A stretch of 11,488 bases of DNA, taken from Chlamydiota bacterium (lineage in GTDB: Bacteria > Auribacterota > Tritonobacteria > UBA1439). Shown here one piece after another: positions 7,303 to 11,488 of the stretch (the first letter of the stretch is position 1; each line of letters starts with the position of its first letter). The DNA lies in NCBI GenBank assembly GCA_037133055.1, contig JBAXOY010000095.1, forward strand, positions 1-11,488, in the 5' to 3' direction. The notes beneath the pieces were generated by a model that was not told where the DNA came from, made no database searches, and saw nothing but the letters and a program-made list of their open reading frames with translations. The position numbers and the translations under genes are program-made.

Positions 7303-7317
7303 CGGGCGACTCGCCCG
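7303..7317 (-). terminator. Short GC hairpin just after the small ORF; possible weak terminator
   Basis: CGGGCG-AGT-CGCCCG followed by ATTGTT on the - strand, 6 nt past the stop. The U-tract is poor. Confidence 0.3.
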
Positions 7318-7323
7318 CCGATT

Positions 7324-7512
7324 TCAGAATTTCTCCTGGGCGCGGTCCCGCCGGGGCCTGCGGTTCCTGTCGGGGAAGAATCCCCTCGACGCCGCGCCCT
7401 CGCGGCCCTTCGCCGTGATGCCTTTACCCGCCGGCGATTTCCGTATCTTCTCGACCCTCACCGAATCGTCTTCCCACTCCTCGTACTCCTCGAAGCGGTC
7501 ATCCGGTCTCAT
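7324..7512 (-). CDS. Hypothetical small charged protein, 62 aa
   Basis: AAAGGAGGAGG Shine-Dalgarno (7532-7522) lies 9 nt before ATG 7512. Protein MRPDDRFEEYEEWEDDSVRVEKIRK...RNRRPRRDRAQEKF. It occupies otherwise empty intergenic space and is followed by a hairpin. Confidence 0.6.
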   Translation of the reverse strand: MRPDDRFEEYEEWEDDSVRVEKIRKSPAGKGITAKGREGAASRGFFPDRNRRPRRDRAQEKF

Positions 7513-7623
7513 CCCCTGAAGCCTCCTCCTTTCATACCGCTGCGTTATCGGAAAAAGGTTAGCATATTCCCCGCGTAAAAGTGTAAGATAAGTTTTCGCA
7601 ACTCGGCGCATAGAGGGTTAACC

Positions 7624-9030
7624 ATGCGCATCCCGCCGCAGGCGTTGAGATTCTGCCTTCTCATATCGATCTGCCTCGCCTTCATGGGGATCGGGGCATG
7701 GGCGCAGTTCACCCTCCCCCAATCGACATCCCTCACCATCTTCACCGCTTCGGTGGTCGCGACGCTGCTGTTTTGGGAATCCCGCGTGGCGATCGCGTTC
7801 TGGGGCATCGCCGCCCTTATACTCACCAAAACGCTGGATATCGAACACCTCATCCTGTTCTCCTCCCTCGAGGTGATTCTCTTCCTCGTCGGCATGATGG
7901 TGATCATAGGCCTGCTGCGGGAAGTGAATTTCTTCAACTGGGTCCTCTGCAGGGTCGTCACCATCAGGGGTATGACCGGCACTAAACTGGCGGTCATCAT
8001 CTGCGTCAGTTCCGCGATCATGGCCTGCCTCGTGGACGAGGTCACCTCGATCATTTTCATGGTCACCCTGATATTCTCGCTGGCGGAGATCTACGAGGTC
8101 AATCCCACGCCCTTCCTGATCATGGCCGTGATGGCCACCAACATCGGGAGCACCGGAACCGTTCTCGGAAACCCGATCGGGATACTCATCGCCACCAAGG
8201 CGGGCTTGACGTTCGAGGATTTCCTCCTGCACGCATTCCCCCTGATGGCGGTCGCCCTGGCGGTCATGATCGCCATCGCGCTCCTGTGGTTCAGGCGTCC
8301 GATAAGGGAATTGAACGCCCGGATCAAGAGATTGGGGGCGAGCAGGGAGCTGCTGGCGACCCTGATCTGCCTCCCGATGACGAAGGAGATCCGGAAGGAG
8401 CTGCTCATCTTCACCCTCACGCTCCTCTTCATCGGACTCCACCATCGCCTGGAGGCCGTCTTTTCACTGCCGACCAACGCGCTGCTGCTGTCCATCCCCC
8501 TGATTTCCGCGGGGGGGATCATGCTCTGGCGCAGCGACAAGGCCAAGGACTACATCGAAAAGGACGTTGACTGGTGGACCCTCATCTTTTTCATGCTCCT
8601 GTTCGCCAAGGTGGGGGCGCTCAAGTACACCGGGGTCACCGATATCTTCTCGAGGGGAATAGCCGGCATGGCGAGGGGAAGCAATTTTTTCATGCTCACC
8701 TTTGTCCTGTGGACGGCGGCGATCGGATCGAGCATTCTTGACAACGTGGTGCTGGTCGCCACGTTCATCCCGGTGATAAGCGAGCTGAAGACCATGGGCA
8801 TGGAAACGTCTCCCCTATGGTGGGCCCTTCTTTTCGGGGGCTGCCTCGGCGGCAACATCACCATGGTCGGCTCGACATCCAATATCGTGGCCCTGGGGAT
8901 GCTCGAAAAGCATAAACAGGTTCGCATCTCCTTTCTCGACTGGTTCAAAATCGGCATGGTCATCGGGCTTGTCACCACGGGGATCATCTGGGGCATTCTC
9001 CTTGCGGTGCATTGGAGGTTCATCCTGTAG
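7624..9030 (+). CDS. ArsB/NhaD-type ion transporter (IT superfamily permease), 468 aa
   Basis: Highly hydrophobic with the twofold IT motifs LVDEVTSII...ATNIGSTGTVLGNP and SSILDNVVLVATFIP...GGCLGGNITMVGSTSNIVA, plus VDWWTLIFFMLLF. Substrate cannot be assigned from sequence. Confidence 0.9.
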   Translation: MRIPPQALRFCLLISICLAFMGIGAWAQFTLPQSTSLTIFTASVVATLLFWESRVAIAFWGIAALILTKTLDIEHLILFSSLEVILFLVGMMVIIGLLREVNFFNWVLCRVVTIRGMTGTKLAVIICVSSAIMACLVDEVTSIIFMVTLIFSLAEIYEVNPTPFLIMAVMATNIGSTGTVLGNPIGILIATKAGLTFEDFLLHAFPLMAVALAVMIAIALLWFRRPIRELNARIKRLGASRELLATLICLPMTKEIRKELLIFTLTLLFIGLHHRLEAVFSLPTNALLLSIPLISAGGIMLWRSDKAKDYIEKDVDWWTLIFFMLLFAKVGALKYTGVTDIFSRGIAGMARGSNFFMLTFVLWTAAIGSSILDNVVLVATFIPVISELKTMGMETSPLWWALLFGGCLGGNITMVGSTSNIVALGMLEKHKQVRISFLDWFKIGMVIGLVTTGIIWGILLAVHWRFIL

Positions 9031-9055
9031 CCGCGCCGCCGCCGCGGCCCGCCTG

Positions 9056-9109
9056 TTCCGTGTTCCTTTGCTCCGTGCGCCCCCGTGTCCTCCGTGACCT
9101 CCGTGGTGA
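9056..9109. repeat. Short tandem YYCCGTG repeat tract (~9-nt period at its 3' end)
   Basis: TTCCGTG (9056), CTCCGTG (9071), CCCCGTG (9081), CTCCGTG (9090), CTCCGTGGTGA (9099-9109). Confidence 0.7.
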
Positions 9110-9148
9110 GGCTGTACGTTTGCCGTCGACTCCGTTTGCCGTTTCCGA

Positions 9149-9177
9149 TTGGCATCCGCGCCCTCATTCGCTACACT
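9149..9177 (+). promoter_or_regulatory. Putative sigma70-type promoter of tupABC
   Basis: TTGGCA (9149-9154), a 17-nt spacer, then TACACT (9172-9177). The predicted start site (~9183) coincides with the 5' end of the riboswitch. Confidence 0.65.
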
Positions 9178-9181
9178 ACCC

Positions 9182-9283
9182 ACGACTCCGAGCCGCTCCC
9201 GCTGCCGGGAATCGCCCCCACGCGGGGCGGCCGATAGGGCGCAGGGGGAAACCCCTGCACCTCCCATGTTCGGAAAGGAGCGT
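9182..9283 (+). promoter_or_regulatory. Moco RNA motif riboswitch, P3-less tungsten-cofactor (Tuco/Wco) type
   Basis: P1: ACG-A-CTCC (9182-9189) with GGAG-CGT (9277-9283), covering the SD. P2: GCCGC-T-CCCGC (9192-9202) with GCGGG-GCGGC (9222-9231). P4: GCAGGGG-GAAA-CCCCTGC (9241-9258), closed by AGG/CCT. The 3' end CCTCCCATGTTCGGAAAGGAG resembles the moaA-leader CCTCCCGTATTTGGAAAGG. Located directly upstream of tupA. Confidence 0.88.
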
Positions 9284-9286
9284 CCC

Positions 9287-10105
9287 ATGCGCATCCCCGT
9301 CCTCGTCTTTCTCGCCGCAGCCCTGCTTTCCGCCGCCGCCCCCCCCGCCACCGCCGCCGAGCGCGTGAAGCTCGCGACCACCACCAGCACCGTGGATACC
9401 GGGCTCCTCGACACCCTGCTGCCGCCGTTCGAGAAAAAGAACGGCCTCAAGGTCGATGTCATCTCCGTCGGTACCGGCAAGGCGCTCGCGCTCGCGAGGA
9501 ACGGCGACGTGGACGTGATCCTCGTGCACGCCCGCGAGGACGAGGACCGGTTCGTTGCGGACGGTGATGGGGTAAATCGCAGGGATGTCATGGTCAACGA
9601 CTTCGTCCTGCTCGGCCCGGCAAAAGACCCGGCGGGGGTCATTGGGAAGAAGGATGCGGTCGAGGCCTTCGCCGCGGTCGCGCGCGCCGGGGCCCCGTTC
9701 GTCTCCCGCGGCGACGATTCTGGAACGCACAAGAAGGAGAAGGAGCTCTGGAAGGGCGCCGGGGTCTCCCCGTCGGGGGCCTGGTACATGGAATCCGGCC
9801 AGGGCATGGGCGCGACCCTCATGATGGCCGACGAGAAGGGGGCGTACTGCCTGGCGGACCGGGCGACGGCAACCGCGTTCGAGAAAAAGGTCTCTCTCCG
9901 GATACTCTGCCAGGGGGACCGGCGCCTCCTGAACCCCTACGGGATCATCGCCGTGAGCCCCGCGAAACACCCCGGCGCAAACTACCGTGGCGCCATGGGC
10001 CTCATCGCATGGGTCACCTCGCCGGATGGGCAGAAGATGATCGGGGAGTTCAAGAAGGGCGGCATCGTCCTCTTCCACCCCTCCGCGTACGGGGAGGCTC
10101 GTTGA
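9287..10105 (+). CDS. tupA: Tungstate ABC transporter substrate-binding protein TupA (272 aa)
   Basis: Signal peptide ending in ATA-A. TupA signature LATTTSTVDTGLL, plus GTGKAL, DVILVHA, FVSRGDDSGTHKKE, LLNPYGII. RBS AAAGGAG lies 6 nt before ATG 9287. Confidence 0.95.
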   Translation: MRIPVLVFLAAALLSAAAPPATAAERVKLATTTSTVDTGLLDTLLPPFEKKNGLKVDVISVGTGKALALARNGDVDVILVHAREDEDRFVADGDGVNRRDVMVNDFVLLGPAKDPAGVIGKKDAVEAFAAVARAGAPFVSRGDDSGTHKKEKELWKGAGVSPSGAWYMESGQGMGATLMMADEKGAYCLADRATATAFEKKVSLRILCQGDRRLLNPYGIIAVSPAKHPGANYRGAMGLIAWVTSPDGQKMIGEFKKGGIVLFHPSAYGEAR

Positions 10106-10792
10106 GTGGGCTACCTCGCCGACGGGTTCGCCGAGGCCCTCCGCCTCATCATCCGCATGGACCCCGAGGTGTGGGGCATCACGCTGGTATCCCTCAAGGT
10201 CTCCGCGGCCTCGACGCTCATCGCCACCATCCTCGGCGTTCCCCTCGGCTTCTCCGTCGCCTCGCGGGAGTTCCGCGGGAAGGGATTCGTGATCACCGTC
10301 CTGAACACCCTCCTCGCGCTTCCCACGGTGGTCGTCGGCCTTTCGGTCTACGCCTTCCTGTCGCGCCGCGGGCCCCTCGGCTCGCTCGGCCTGCTCTTCA
10401 CGCCGGCGGCTATGGTGATCGGGCAGTCGATCCTTGCCCTCCCGATCACGGCCGCCCTCAGCCTCGCCGCGGTGCAGCACATCGACCCCCGCGTCCGCGA
10501 GACGGCGCTCACGCTGGGGGCGACCGCCGGGCAGGCGGCCCGCGCCGTGCTTCGCGAGGGGCGATTCGCGATCCTCGCCGCCGTGATCGCGGCCTTCGGC
10601 CGGGTCTTCGCAGAGGTCGGCGTCTCGATGATGCTCGGCGGCAACATCAGGTTCTACACGCGGAACATCCCGACGGCGATCGCCCTCGAGACCGGGCGCG
10701 GGGAGTTCCCTCTCGCGGTCGCGCTGGGGCTCATACTCCTCTCGGTCGCGTTCGGCGTGAATCTTGTCTTCCAGCGACTCCAGCGGCGGTAA
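10106..10792 (+). CDS. tupB: Tungstate ABC transporter permease TupB (228 aa)
   Basis: GTG start directly after the tupA stop. Motifs LPTVVVGL, LSRRGPLG, LLFTPAAMVIGQ, ETALTLGA (EAA loop), AEVGVSMMLGGNI, TAIALET. Confidence 0.95.
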   Translation: MGYLADGFAEALRLIIRMDPEVWGITLVSLKVSAASTLIATILGVPLGFSVASREFRGKGFVITVLNTLLALPTVVVGLSVYAFLSRRGPLGSLGLLFTPAAMVIGQSILALPITAALSLAAVQHIDPRVRETALTLGATAGQAARAVLREGRFAILAAVIAAFGRVFAEVGVSMMLGGNIRFYTRNIPTAIALETGRGEFPLAVALGLILLSVAFGVNLVFQRLQRR

Positions 10793-10796
10793 CCAT

Positions 10797-11456
10797 ATGA
10801 TCACTATCCAGGACCTGCATAAGTCATACGGCAAAGACTTCACCCTTTCCATCGACCGCCTCGATATCGGGGAGGGCGGCGTCACCGCCCTCCTCGGCCC
10901 GAACGGATCCGGGAAAAGCACCCTGCTCGGCGTCGTCGCGGGAATAGTCCCCGCCGACCGCGGCGCGGTCCGCATGGGGGAGATGGAACTCGCTCCCCGC
11001 GCGGCGGCGCCTGTCCGCTGGCGCCGCCGTGTGACGATGCTCGCCCAGAAGCCGTTCCTGTTCAACGGCACGGTCCACGAAAACCTCGCGTGGGGCCTGA
11101 GGCTCCGCGGCATCCCCCGCCGCCTCCGGGAGGAAAAGATCGCGCATGTGCTCGTCCGCATGGGCCTCGATGGCTTCGGGCGCAGGCACGCGCGCGCACT
11201 TTCGGGGGGCGAAGCCCAGATGGTCGCCCTCGCGCGCGCGCTCATCCTCGAGCCGCGCCTCCTGCTCCTCGACGAGCCGACCGCGCACATCGACCGTGAC
11301 AACGCAGCCCGCGTCGAGGAGTTCATACGCGCCCTCGGGGGGAAAGGCCGCCCCACGGTCATCCTCGCCACGCACAACCTCGCGCAGGCGCGCCGCCTCG
11401 CCGGCACGGTCATCTCCCTCGACGAGGGGCGTCTGGGGTCAGACCTTAACTATTAA
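10797..11456 (+). CDS. tupC: Tungstate ABC transporter ATP-binding protein TupC (~219 aa)
   Basis: Walker A GPNGSGKST, Q-loop LAQKP, signature LSGGEAQ, Walker B LLLLDEPTA, H-loop ATHN. ATG 10797 lies 4 nt after the tupB stop. Confidence 0.93.
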   Translation: MITIQDLHKSYGKDFTLSIDRLDIGEGGVTALLGPNGSGKSTLLGVVAGIVPADRGAVRMGEMELAPRAAAPVRWRRRVTMLAQKPFLFNGTVHENLAWGLRLRGIPRRLREEKIAHVLVRMGLDGFGRRHARALSGGEAQMVALARALILEPRLLLLDEPTAHIDRDNAARVEEFIRALGGKGRPTVILATHNLAQARRLAGTVISLDEGRLGSDLNY

Positions 11457-11488
11457 CTGGCTCATCACCTGAACCTGTCTCAAGGTAA

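Noticed and set aside
7535..7620. Pho box or defined divergent promoters in the AT-rich spacer
   Set aside because: It is probably a promoter region, but I see no convincing CTGTCAT-like 11-bp-period repeats and no well-spaced -35/-10 pair.
7622..9297. Identical 13-mer CCATGCGCATCCC at the starts of the IT permease and tupA (both begin MRIP)
   Set aside because: The similarity does not extend on either side and is short enough to be chance in GC-rich DNA.
9176..11413. 745-aa antisense ORF across tupABC
   Set aside because: It lies opposite three well-supported genes, has Arg/Gly/Ala-rich low-information sequence and no recognisable domain. This is typical of a shadow ORF in high-GC DNA.
9287..11456. 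Calling the ABC operon modABC or wtpABC
   Set aside because: The binding protein has the TTTS and RGDDSGTH motifs of TupA, and the permease has the TupB-type GGNI motif.

Overview
GC-rich bacterial window made up almost entirely of transporter genes. It holds: (1) the end of a + strand efflux operon, an AcrB-family RND permease coupled to a small P-II-like (PG0541-type) protein; (2) a - strand block with a 62-aa charged ORF and a tandem [PiT transporter + DUF47/PhoU-like regulator] x2; (3) a divergently transcribed ArsB/NhaD-type ion transporter; and (4) a tupABC tungstate ABC operon behind a sigma70-like promoter and a Moco-family riboswitch lacking P3 (tungsten-cofactor type). The least explained features are a family of heptamer-armed (GTCSATR)n palindromic elements at gene boundaries, with a conserved core present in both orientations. 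The same repeat also forms the translation-initiation regions of two genes. Also unusual are the altered substrate-site motifs in the PiT paralogues and a probable relic PiT C-terminus/uORF that could occlude the RBS of one DUF47 gene. All calls are from reading the sequence; no searches or folding programs were run.
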